Shown one piece after another: positions 56,424-64,000 of a DNA stretch of 64,000 nucleotides. The notes beneath the pieces were generated by a model. It was not told the origin of the DNA and did not search any database. It saw only the letters and a list, made by a program, of their open reading frames with translations. The position numbers and the translations under genes are program-made. The stretch comes from Thermoproteota archaeon (GTDB taxonomy: Archaea; Thermoproteota; Thermoprotei_A; Sulfolobales; Pyrodictiaceae), in the NCBI GenBank assembly GCA_040514325.1, contig JBEVCG010000059.1:1718-65717 (forward strand). The letters run 5' to 3'. Positions within the stretch are counted from its first letter, which is position 1; every line of letters begins with the position of its first letter.

Positions 56424-57242
56424 ATGATCATGAGGCTGAATTATTGTACTAGCAGGATTTCCAGGGGTTGGGCCCGGATGCCGCAGCAACTTTCTACGGG
56501 GTTTGTTATAGCTGGAGCTTACGCGGATAAGCTTAGGAGAGTGCTATTTGCACAGCTACGGGATGCAATAAAGTCAGGACAGATAGAAACGAAACAGGTT
56601 GCGTTTCGGGCAGGAGAGCTAAACAGGGTTCTATTTGAGATCCTTGTAAACAAATTAAAAATAGATAAAGGCGATGTAGTTAGAATCCGAATAGAATATG
56701 ATCTCTCTGACGGAGACATCAAATGGTACTATGAAAGCCTCCGCGTTGAGGTGTTCAGGAGGGTTCCAGATGAGGAGGTAAGTGAGATTGTGCGCAGCGT
56801 TGTTTCAAATATAGAGGAGCTGCTTTCAAGGCCTGTCACCGCTGAAGAGAGGGAGTGGACAGAGAGAAAGGAAACCGAAGTCGAGCGTGAAGTAGCTAGA
56901 GCAGCGAGAGAAACAGAACAAATATCCACGAGAGTAGCAGATGCCATAGTCTACGGCAGGACCAAGGCCGGAGAGCTTTTGGCCGTATTAAAAGATTCTG
57001 ATGGAAATAATATAGGATTACTTGTTGCAAGCCCTGCCGAGGGTAAGACCACCCTGACAGTGGTTATGGCGCCGCGAGAAGGAGATGCCTATCGTGGAGA
57101 TGCCAATGTCGAGGAGGACCTTGAAGCTCTAGAGAAGGACCCCAAGCTTATAGTTAACCTAGCAAGAAGACTACAGCTAACAAAAATATCCAAGAGCGAG
57201 GCAGAGAAGTTCATAAGAAGCAAAATGGAGGACCTCTTCTAG
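56424..57242 (+). CDS. conserved-looking archaeal hypothetical protein
   Basis: 272-aa ORF. N-terminal module STGFVIAGAYADKLRRVLFAQLRDAI..., a central charged helix and a C-terminal beta module. Family not confidently recognised. Confidence 0.55.
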   Translation: MIMRLNYCTSRISRGWARMPQQLSTGFVIAGAYADKLRRVLFAQLRDAIKSGQIETKQVAFRAGELNRVLFEILVNKLKIDKGDVVRIRIEYDLSDGDIKWYYESLRVEVFRRVPDEEVSEIVRSVVSNIEELLSRPVTAEEREWTERKETEVEREVARAARETEQISTRVADAIVYGRTKAGELLAVLKDSDGNNIGLLVASPAEGKTTLTVVMAPREGDAYRGDANVEEDLEALEKDPKLIVNLARRLQLTKISKSEAEKFIRSKMEDLF

Positions 57243-57437
57243 AGTGCTTGACCCTTTCAGAAACAGCCAACAACACAACATTAACCGCAAGGAGCAAAGT
57301 TCCGATCGCACCTTATATTGAAGTAGCTAACTAAAGTATAACTTAGGACAGCATGTAGCTTTAAAATAAGGAAAAACGAAAACGTTTTGAAGCCTCGGCC
57401 GCTGCTAGCATAGGTGGAGTGTGCCAGGTTACACGCC

Positions 57438-57683
57438 ATGGATTTAGAAGAGAGCTCTGTTCGTACCTCTCGAGCGTTACATAGCAGTTCCTCTTCTCCT
57501 TCAAATGCGCAGGGCTTACTCAACATAGACCTCAGCGAGATAGTAGATGCTATGATCCGCGATAGGCACGTGATTATCTTTCTACGGAATGGAAAGAGCA
57601 TCAAGCTGCAGCGCACAAGTCAAGCAATGAAGGTGTATTGGGATGTGAAGCTGAGAAATAGGAGAAGAGCTTTTGGCATCTAG
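57438..57683 (+). CDS. hypothetical small protein (uncertain)
   Basis: 81 aa counted from the ATG at 57438, in an AT-richer region. An overlapping antisense ORF looks less protein-like. Confidence 0.25.
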   Translation: MDLEESSVRTSRALHSSSSSPSNAQGLLNIDLSEIVDAMIRDRHVIIFLRNGKSIKLQRTSQAMKVYWDVKLRNRRRAFGI

Positions 57684-57752
57684 TAATGGTAAACGTTATT
57701 TAAAATACTAAACAAAATTGAACAAGGTAGGTTGCCACAAAGCACGTTTCCA

Positions 57753-58082
57753 CTAACTACCCTGTACGCTGGTTATCTCATTAACTCTTTTTATCACTGC
57801 ACGGTATGCCTCCTCTAGATCGGGGTTTAGATCTTTGCCTAGAGGGAGCCTCGACAATAGTAAAACTATTTTCCCATCGTCTAGCTCAGCTAGTAACTGC
57901 GGAAGCCAAGCCATGCCAAGGTCGTCAGTATCTCCATGCTCTACAAGCAAAACATAGTCCTCATATCTTACGTCAAGCTCAGCGCCAAGTTCCTTAGCTA
58001 GTTTCTCAGCAAGTTCAGTCCACAGCTTGTGCTGGGGGTGGTGATCTGCTGTAACTAGTATGAGCTTCTTTAGCTGTGACAT
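57753..58082 (-). CDS. hypothetical acidic protein
   Basis: 109-aa ORF. No motif recognised. Confidence 0.5.
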   Translation of the reverse strand: MSQLKKLILVTADHHPQHKLWTELAEKLAKELGAELDVRYEDYVLLVEHGDTDDLGMAWLPQLLAELDDGKIVLLLSRLPLGKDLNPDLEEAYRAVIKRVNEITSVQGS

Positions 58083-58302
58083 TATCCGCGTTCACCTTGC
58101 TGAGCAGAGTAGGCGTTAGCTTATATGTTCTCCTGCTCCATTTTACTGCATACCCGTTCCTGCTTAGATCGGATAACAGCTTCCCCGCCGCTCTACTTGA
58201 TATGCCAAGGATCTCTGAAAGTCTGGACGAGGTTATGTATAGATGACCTTCCTCTACTAAGCGGACAACAAGCCTCCCATAATCCACCTTTACACGTACC
58301 AA
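58015..58302 (-). CDS. small winged-HTH protein
   Basis: 95-aa ORF with ITSSRLSEILGISSRAAGKLLSDLSRNGYAVKW (HTH plus wing). Its 3' end overlaps the downstream ORF by 68 nt. Confidence 0.5.
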   Translation of the reverse strand: MVRVKVDYGRLVVRLVEEGHLYITSSRLSEILGISSRAAGKLLSDLSRNGYAVKWSRRTYKLTPTLLSKVNADNVTAKEAHTSYSRSPPPAQAVD

Positions 58303-58452
58303 CCTAGCTGCACCCGTAATTGTTTAGAGGCCGAAGCCAGGCGCTGGCACATACCTGGCCGAAACTACTAGCACAGACTACGTTTTCCATACTTCGCAAA
58401 AACGTAATAAGATCAGGGTAAAGCATAGGAAGTTGGCCGATAGAGAGGAAGA

Positions 58453-60060
58453 TTGCATACATCGTCTCATATGGGCAGCGGGGATCTGAAAGTGAGCTAC
58501 CGGTATGAACCCACACCAACATATGTCCCCGATACTAGCGTCATAGTTGAAGGTCAGCTTACGAAGTTGGTTCTTGAGGGAAAGATTAGGGGACAAATAG
58601 TTATACACAGAGCTGTCCTTGCTGAACTCGAACATCAAGCCAACAACGGGCGCGCAACGGGCTTTGCTGGACTTGAGGAGCTAAGAAAGCTAAGAAGGCT
58701 TGCCAAACAGGGTTTGATTGACATAACTATTGCAGGGGAACTTCCACGCTATACTGACATCGTTGCGGCAAAGGAGGGCGCTATTGACGCAATCATACGC
58801 GAGTACGCATATGAGAACGGTGCCACACTGATAACCGCTGACCGTGTTCAAGCGCTCGTAGCAGAGGCTATGGGCGTAAGCGTAATCTACGTCAAGCCTC
58901 CGCGGGACAAGCAAAAGCGTCTGACCATAGAGAGCTTCTTTGACGAGAATACATTAAGCGTGCACCTAAAGGAGGGGGCACGGCCTAGGGCAAAACGGGG
59001 CAGGCCTGGCAACTGGGTTCTCGTCGAGCTCGACACAAAAGAGCTCACGCGGGACGAGATAGAGGCTATTGCACACGAAATTGTTGAGGAGGCTAGAAGC
59101 AGGGAGGACGGTTTCATAGAGATAGACAGGCTCGGCTCAACTATAGTACAGCTAGGCAGCTACCGTATAGTCATAACAAAGCCTCCCCTTAGCGAGGCCT
59201 GGGAAATCACCGCTGTCAGGCCTTTAAAGAAGCTCCGCCTTGAAGACTACAACCTTCCAGCGAAGATTGTTAAGAGGCTGGAGGAGAGGGCCGAAGGCAT
59301 ACTAATCGCTGGAGCTCCAGGAATGGGAAAGACCACGTTCGCGCAAGCCCTTGCAGAGTACTATGCTAGTAAGGGCAAGGTTGTTAAGACTATAGAGTCG
59401 CCAAGGGACATGATGCTGCCTCCCGATATAACACAGTACTCCAAGAATTATGCCGAAGTAGGCGAACTGCACGACATACTTCTCTTGAGCAGACCAGACT
59501 ACACGGTCTTTGACGAGCTTAGAACAGACGAGGACTTCAGACTCTACGTAGATTTAAGGCTGGCAGGAATAGGGATGATCGGGGTGGTTCACGCTACCTC
59601 TCCCATCGATGCTATACAGCGCTTCATTAGACGTGTTGACATCGGCATGCTGCCCAGCATCATCGATACCGTACTCTTTCTTGAGAGCGGGAATGTTAAG
59701 CAGATCTATGAGCTTAGGATGACTGTAAAGTTGCCTACAGGATTAAGAGAGGCCGATCTAGCAAGACCCGTTGTGGAAGTTGTTGATGCACTAACGGGAG
59801 ATCTAGCATACGAAATCTATACTTTTGGCGAGCAGACGGTAATCGTTCCTGTTCGTGAAGTGGGTGCCAAGGAAGTTTACGACAAGATCCGCCGCCTAAT
59901 AGAGAGAGTTATTCCGGAGGCAGAGGTGATAAATGAGGGTAACACGTTTATAGTGAATATACCCAGAACAGCCTCCCGAGCGCTCATGAAAAAGCTCAAA
60001 AGGCTGAAAAGGATAGAAAGCAAGTACAATGTAACAATAAGAGTGAACTTTGTGGGGTAG
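58453..60060 (+). CDS. PIN-domain / PilT-like ATPase / KH-domain protein (COG1855-type)
   Basis: 535-aa ORF with an N-terminal PIN-like VPDTSVIVEG...ITAD, Walker A GAPGMGKTT, Walker B TVFDELR, and a C-terminal KH-like module. Confidence 0.85.
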   Translation: MHTSSHMGSGDLKVSYRYEPTPTYVPDTSVIVEGQLTKLVLEGKIRGQIVIHRAVLAELEHQANNGRATGFAGLEELRKLRRLAKQGLIDITIAGELPRYTDIVAAKEGAIDAIIREYAYENGATLITADRVQALVAEAMGVSVIYVKPPRDKQKRLTIESFFDENTLSVHLKEGARPRAKRGRPGNWVLVELDTKELTRDEIEAIAHEIVEEARSREDGFIEIDRLGSTIVQLGSYRIVITKPPLSEAWEITAVRPLKKLRLEDYNLPAKIVKRLEERAEGILIAGAPGMGKTTFAQALAEYYASKGKVVKTIESPRDMMLPPDITQYSKNYAEVGELHDILLLSRPDYTVFDELRTDEDFRLYVDLRLAGIGMIGVVHATSPIDAIQRFIRRVDIGMLPSIIDTVLFLESGNVKQIYELRMTVKLPTGLREADLARPVVEVVDALTGDLAYEIYTFGEQTVIVPVREVGAKEVYDKIRRLIERVIPEAEVINEGNTFIVNIPRTASRALMKKLKRLKRIESKYNVTIRVNFVG

Positions 60061-60089
60061 CAAAAGCAATAAACTATGGCGAAAGCAGT

Positions 60090-60542
60090 ATGCCAAAAAC
60101 TTCATGGTCCCGAAGAGGATTTGATGTAGAAAGAGAGCTTGTACGCAAGCTGTGGAACCACGGTTTTGCCGCTGTACGCGGACCTGCCAGTGGAGCGCGT
60201 GTGCAGAGACTCTTTTACCCCGATGTTCTTGCTGTTTACAAAGGTAAGATTTTTGTTTTTGAAGTAAAATATGTTAATAAATCAAAAAAGATTGTTATTC
60301 CAATTCAGAAGCTAAATCGGCTACGAGAGTTCGCTGAGAGGGCCGGAGGTACGAGCCTCATTGCTGTAAAGATCTCTGGAAGAGGGTGGCGTGTGGTGCC
60401 GACAGAAGAGCTGGCAAAGAGCGGCGGTAGACATACGCGCAACCTAGTACTACATGTTGAGGAACTCGAACAGTTCCCGACGTTAGATCAGTTTATATCC
60501 TCCGTAGTAAACGCAAAGCTTGTGGATTTCGTTGCACGGTAG
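60090..60542 (+). CDS. hjc: Holliday junction resolvase Hjc
   Basis: 150-aa ORF with G..ERELVRKLWNHGFAAVRGPASG, PDVLAV and FVFEVK (the E...D...ExK catalytic set of Hjc). Confidence 0.85.
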   Translation: MPKTSWSRRGFDVERELVRKLWNHGFAAVRGPASGARVQRLFYPDVLAVYKGKIFVFEVKYVNKSKKIVIPIQKLNRLREFAERAGGTSLIAVKISGRGWRVVPTEELAKSGGRHTRNLVLHVEELEQFPTLDQFISSVVNAKLVDFVAR

Positions 60543-60559
60543 CTGTCGAATAAGCACAA

Positions 60560-60622
60560 TTATCAGCCGGGTAAGTCATCTTCACCAGTAGGAAATTCAG
60601 GCCGGGAGTAATTCATCACTAT
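60560..60622 (-). ncRNA. box C/D sRNA candidate with two related guides
   Basis: Minus strand: GUGAUGA (C, 60613-60619), 12 nt (AUUACUCCCGGC), CUGA, 11 nt, GUGAAGA (C'), 12 nt (UGACUUACCCGG), CUGA (D, 60563-60566). Confidence 0.6.
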
Positions 60623-60675
60623 TCTATCTCTCGAAATCTTTAGTCCAGTCCCCGAATTAATACTGACAGCCGATT

Positions 60676-61758
60676 TTAACCCCTAATCCTTACCTCCTTA
60701 AATCTTGTACCGCCTAAGGATCTCCATATCAGTCGGATAGTATTGAGCTTGCCGGGTGCCAACTTGACGTCTACATGCACATCCTGTTGGCGCTTATCGG
60801 TTAAGCTGAGGTTCTTTCTATCAATAACGCGGCCTACCGCCATAACGACAAGCATAACGTTATCTGGATAATCCCTTCCTTTCATTCTTATTCGCAGCCT
60901 TGCAGAAGATTTGTCTACCTCTAACAAATCTATATCCGCATCAAAGTCTTCTTCAACAACCCTTACTATGTAGAGGGAGTGCAGAACAACCCTGCCAGGC
61001 CTCTTTCCAGCTCCAGCCGAGATCTCCTTATGATACACGTCAATAGTATTGGAAGGATTCTGTACATCAACTACGAATGCACGCTCGAAGTAGCCGTTAA
61101 CATCCTTTATCAAATTGCTTGTCCCGCCCAACCTAACTTCCAGAGCATAACTTCCGCGCAAGGCGATACCTTGTACCCCTACTCTGTACATGCCCTGAAG
61201 TTTTACGGGGAGCTCTACAGAGGCGCTGTCTCCCGGCTCTAGTACTACAGGTCCAATAAGGTAAGCATATCCAACGTCCCTCAACTCCCAGTCTCCTGAA
61301 CCCAGCACAAAAAACGAAGTTGCACTGGCTACTGTAAGGGGGGTAATACCATGATAAGTTACCATAAGCTCCAGCGCAGAGCTATTATCGCTGAGGGACT
61401 TTAGAATAGGAGTCACGTCATATACCAATTTACAGAGGGCGCCAGCGTCTGTAAGCACACACTTATTGGGTTTAAACTCCCTTGTCACAGTTATATAGCC
61501 AACATCAACTCGAAATCCCAAACTTGAAGGAAGAGAGCCGCCGTGAAGAAGCACTGTCAGATCCAAAAAGGCCTTCTTTATAGGCCGGTTAGGGATCTCC
61601 AGCACGGCCTTAAGGCTGCGCGGATTGTTGCTTCCACCTAAAGTCATGTTTGATGCTATGTTCGTGATTGTTATTCCCGCTTCCTTTCCATAGAGCAGCA
61701 AGCTTAGCTCGCCAACCGGCAAAGCTCTATCACCCATGCCTATCGACGTCAGCCTCAA
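60676..61758 (-). CDS. hypothetical beta-rich protein downstream of xpb
   Basis: 360-aa ORF starting 30 nt after the xpb stop on the same strand. No nuclease or other motif recognised. Confidence 0.6.
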   Translation of the reverse strand: MRLTSIGMGDRALPVGELSLLLYGKEAGITITNIASNMTLGGSNNPRSLKAVLEIPNRPIKKAFLDLTVLLHGGSLPSSLGFRVDVGYITVTREFKPNKCVLTDAGALCKLVYDVTPILKSLSDNSSALELMVTYHGITPLTVASATSFFVLGSGDWELRDVGYAYLIGPVVLEPGDSASVELPVKLQGMYRVGVQGIALRGSYALEVRLGGTSNLIKDVNGYFERAFVVDVQNPSNTIDVYHKEISAGAGKRPGRVVLHSLYIVRVVEEDFDADIDLLEVDKSSARLRIRMKGRDYPDNVMLVVMAVGRVIDRKNLSLTDKRQQDVHVDVKLAPGKLNTIRLIWRSLGGTRFKEVRIRG

Positions 61759-61788
61759 TGGTGCTATTCCTGTTACTGCCTACCTATA

Positions 61789-63435
61789 TCATACATCCAG
61801 CGTTCTTAGGATTTTTGAGATAGCGCGGTCTTCAGGGGTCCCTCGCACAACTACAACGTAGAGCCTAGCACTCTTTCCCTCACGTGGACGCAGCAATCTT
61901 CCCAGTCTCTGTATAAGCTGACGCCTAGACGATGTGGATGAAGCTATAATGCCCACCTCTGCGTCGGGAAGGTCTATACCTTCATCCCCAATGGTTGTAA
62001 GTATGAGGCCACCGTACCTACCTCGCTTGAAAAGGTCAAATATCATACGCCGCTTCGCATCATCATCACGGCCGGTGAGAACAGGGGCTCCTAGAAGCTT
62101 ACCCAAAGCCTCAGCCTGGCCCACATACTGCGTAAACACAAGTACTCTAGACCCACGTTTCATCTCCTGCTCAAAGATTTCGCGAATCTTTTCCATTTTA
62201 GAGCGCGACAAGGCGATGAGCTGCCTCATTTCGCTAAGGATCCTTAGAGCCTCTGCGGCTAAGGGATCACCCATCTGTGCACGTTTAACGAGATCCTCTA
62301 CCTTGAGCCCGCGTGATAGACGCTCATACTTCCTTTTTAGAGAGAGATAGCGCTCCTTCTCCTCCTTCGCTAAATCGACTCTCACAAGGTGTATTGTATA
62401 TGGAGCTATGTAACCCTCCGCGGCTAGTTCTTCAAGACGTTTTTCATAGATCACCCCGCCTATTAAGGTGAATAACTCCTCATGCCTTCCATCCTCACGA
62501 TAGGGAGTGGCCGAGAGGCCGAGCCTGTAAGGTGCCATGATGCGGTGAGCTATCACTCTGAACTTGTCCGCAGGTAGGTGGTGGGCTTCGTCAACTATTA
62601 GCAGAGAAAACCTGTCTTTAAATACACGGATATTCCTGTACACCGACTGATACGTAGAAATGGTTACCTCAGCAATACGTTTATCACCTGCATAGAACAC
62701 GCCAACTTGCCTCAGGGGTATCGTAGTCAACTTTCTTATCTTATCATACCATTCACGAACTTGATCCTGCGTATAGACGACAATCAACGTTGGAACGCCA
62801 AGCTCACGTATAGCTGCTAGCCCGATCACCGTCTTTCCTGATCCTGTTGGAAGAGCGATTACACCTCTGTAACTGTTCTCTATCCACTTCATGAGAGCTT
62901 CCTCTTGATAACTCCTAAGGTCGACGGTCAGCTCGAATTTTAGCGAGGGGTTTAAGCGGGCGCTTATGAGTCCGGTTCGATCGACTATATTGAACCCCTC
63001 GCTAGCAAGCCGGCTTATAACGTCAATTATTGCATAAGGTCTCACAACGAAGGCTCCATGCTTCTTCGAGTAGTACAAAGCGCCCCTTTCTTTAAAGTCT
63101 GCAAGGAGGTCAGAGAGTCTTCTCTTTGACTTAATAAGAAAGCCCCCATCAGAAGTCTCTACCACAACTTCCCTACGGTCTCTGAGTAGAGCTCTTGCAC
63201 GTGCAACTGATGCACCGTCTAACTGGCCGCCCAGGTTCTGAACGTATTCAAGGATTTCCTCAAATTCCTCAAGTTCTAGCTTATTAGCATCTATCGAGAA
63301 AACACTGCAGTAATCCTCTCTGCCCTCGTACTTTGCAAAGCGCAGAAGTTCCCTAAACACGTCATCGTCAAGCCACTTGCAGATCCTAAACTTCAGCAAA
63401 AGGGTAGACCACCCCCACCACTTTTTAACTTCCAC
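61789..63435 (-). CDS. xpb: XPB/Rad25-type SF2 DNA helicase
   Basis: 548-aa ORF with Walker A LPTGSGKT, DEAHH box, the XPB-specific RED motif (SATPYREDG) and helicase motif VI QRLGRLLR. Confidence 0.9.
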   Translation of the reverse strand: MEVKKWWGWSTLLLKFRICKWLDDDVFRELLRFAKYEGREDYCSVFSIDANKLELEEFEEILEYVQNLGGQLDGASVARARALLRDRREVVVETSDGGFLIKSKRRLSDLLADFKERGALYYSKKHGAFVVRPYAIIDVISRLASEGFNIVDRTGLISARLNPSLKFELTVDLRSYQEEALMKWIENSYRGVIALPTGSGKTVIGLAAIRELGVPTLIVVYTQDQVREWYDKIRKLTTIPLRQVGVFYAGDKRIAEVTISTYQSVYRNIRVFKDRFSLLIVDEAHHLPADKFRVIAHRIMAPYRLGLSATPYREDGRHEELFTLIGGVIYEKRLEELAAEGYIAPYTIHLVRVDLAKEEKERYLSLKRKYERLSRGLKVEDLVKRAQMGDPLAAEALRILSEMRQLIALSRSKMEKIREIFEQEMKRGSRVLVFTQYVGQAEALGKLLGAPVLTGRDDDAKRRMIFDLFKRGRYGGLILTTIGDEGIDLPDAEVGIIASSTSSRRQLIQRLGRLLRPREGKSARLYVVVVRGTPEDRAISKILRTLDV

Positions 63436-63477
63436 ACTAATGCTGGAGCCTTAATGACATAAGCTAGGCTTTCACAA

Positions 63478-63918
63478 CTATTCTTCAAGCACCTCGAGCA
63501 CAGCCCGTCTAGCAACCTCGCCTAGATCATTTGCGCAAAAGTACCTTGTAAGCCTTAGCTCTAGGGCTGCACTATCTCCTACGGCCCTAAACACATCGTA
63601 TAGCGCTTGAAGATCCTCGACTATAATGGACAAAATTCCCCTATCCTTAACCACGTAGACTACATCTTCGACTCTAAGAACCTCCTCGACCTTGCGTAAA
63701 GTGTCGAACCCCTGCACCACCACGAGGTAGCCCGCAACATAGTAGCTAGGCATCTCAGAGCCCTCAGCAAAGGTAGGGTACACAATCCTTAGAATGCATC
63801 CCAGAAGCAAGTTAGAGTGCGCCCTGTCATACAACAAGACATAGCTGCAGCCGTTAATGTCGGCATAAGCTATAGCTGTTAGAAGGAGCTCTCTATCCAC
63901 AGCCTGACATATACCCAT
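63478..63918 (-). CDS. hypothetical protein upstream of xpb
   Basis: 146-aa ORF ending 42 nt before the xpb start on the same strand. No motif recognised. Confidence 0.5.
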   Translation of the reverse strand: MGICQAVDRELLLTAIAYADINGCSYVLLYDRAHSNLLLGCILRIVYPTFAEGSEMPSYYVAGYLVVVQGFDTLRKVEEVLRVEDVVYVVKDRGILSIIVEDLQALYDVFRAVGDSAALELRLTRYFCANDLGEVARRAVLEVLEE

Positions 63919-64000
63919 GACTCCGCACTCCAGCTGTAGGCTCCCTGCGTGGGTTCTTCATCATAGCTTCTCTTCAGTGTTTAAAACCGCGGTCATTGCT

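Noticed and set aside
32173-58082. Idea that the ORFs at 32173, 55905 and 57753 are thioredoxin-like paralogs (shared P.L...DG...... pattern)
   Set aside because: The similarity is limited to a few residues and no CxxC is present. It is too weak to claim without profile comparison.
60676-61758. Possibility that the 360-aa protein next to xpb is Bax1
   Set aside because: I could not find the nuclease-type (D/E...ExK) motif or the helical N-terminal features I associate with DUF790. It is left as hypothetical and needs a profile search.
63919-64000. Minus-strand AUGAUGA / CUGA elements suggesting a box C/D sRNA at the window edge
   Set aside because: The internal D' (CUGA) and C' (AUGAUGA) look good. 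The terminal C box (AUGACCG) is poor and no D box (GGGA at the expected place) exists. The window also truncates the locus.

Overview
Densely coding chromosomal window from an archaeon. It looks most like a hyperthermophilic crenarchaeote (Thermoprotei/Desulfurococcales-like). Supporting genes are a family-B DNA polymerase with a long N-terminal extension, AglB oligosaccharyltransferase (WWDYG), an ESCRT-III-like protein, Hjc resolvase, XPB helicase (RED motif), aRF1 (GGQ), geranylgeranyl reductase and archaeal-type LeuRS and SerRS. RNA genes recognised are a tRNA-Arg(GCG) with encoded CCA, a probable RNase P RNA, and a set of box C/D sRNA-like elements in the short intergenic spacers. Housekeeping metabolism is also present: MoaA, ornithine carbamoyltransferase, NMN adenylyltransferase with a divergent NAD-kinase-like gene, SHMT, a PfkB kinase, 6-phospho-3-hexuloisomerase and Hsp20. 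I recognised no rRNA, CRISPR array, transposase, integrase or intein. The loci most worth follow-up: (1) a co-directional array of serS, a small ORF and three different radical-SAM enzymes, one of them Tes/GDGT-MAS-like, headed by a DUF59 Fe-S factor. (2) An ESCRT-III paralog heading a six-gene array with a wHTH/zinc-ribbon protein and four unknowns. (3) An XPB helicase flanked by two uncharacterised genes rather than a recognisable Bax1. (4) An orphan block at 42.3-45.4 kb with a natural His8 coiled-coil protein and a nucleotidyltransferase-fold protein. (5) Box C/D candidates that repeatedly use a UGACGA box variant. All functional calls come from motifs read by eye. No database search was run.
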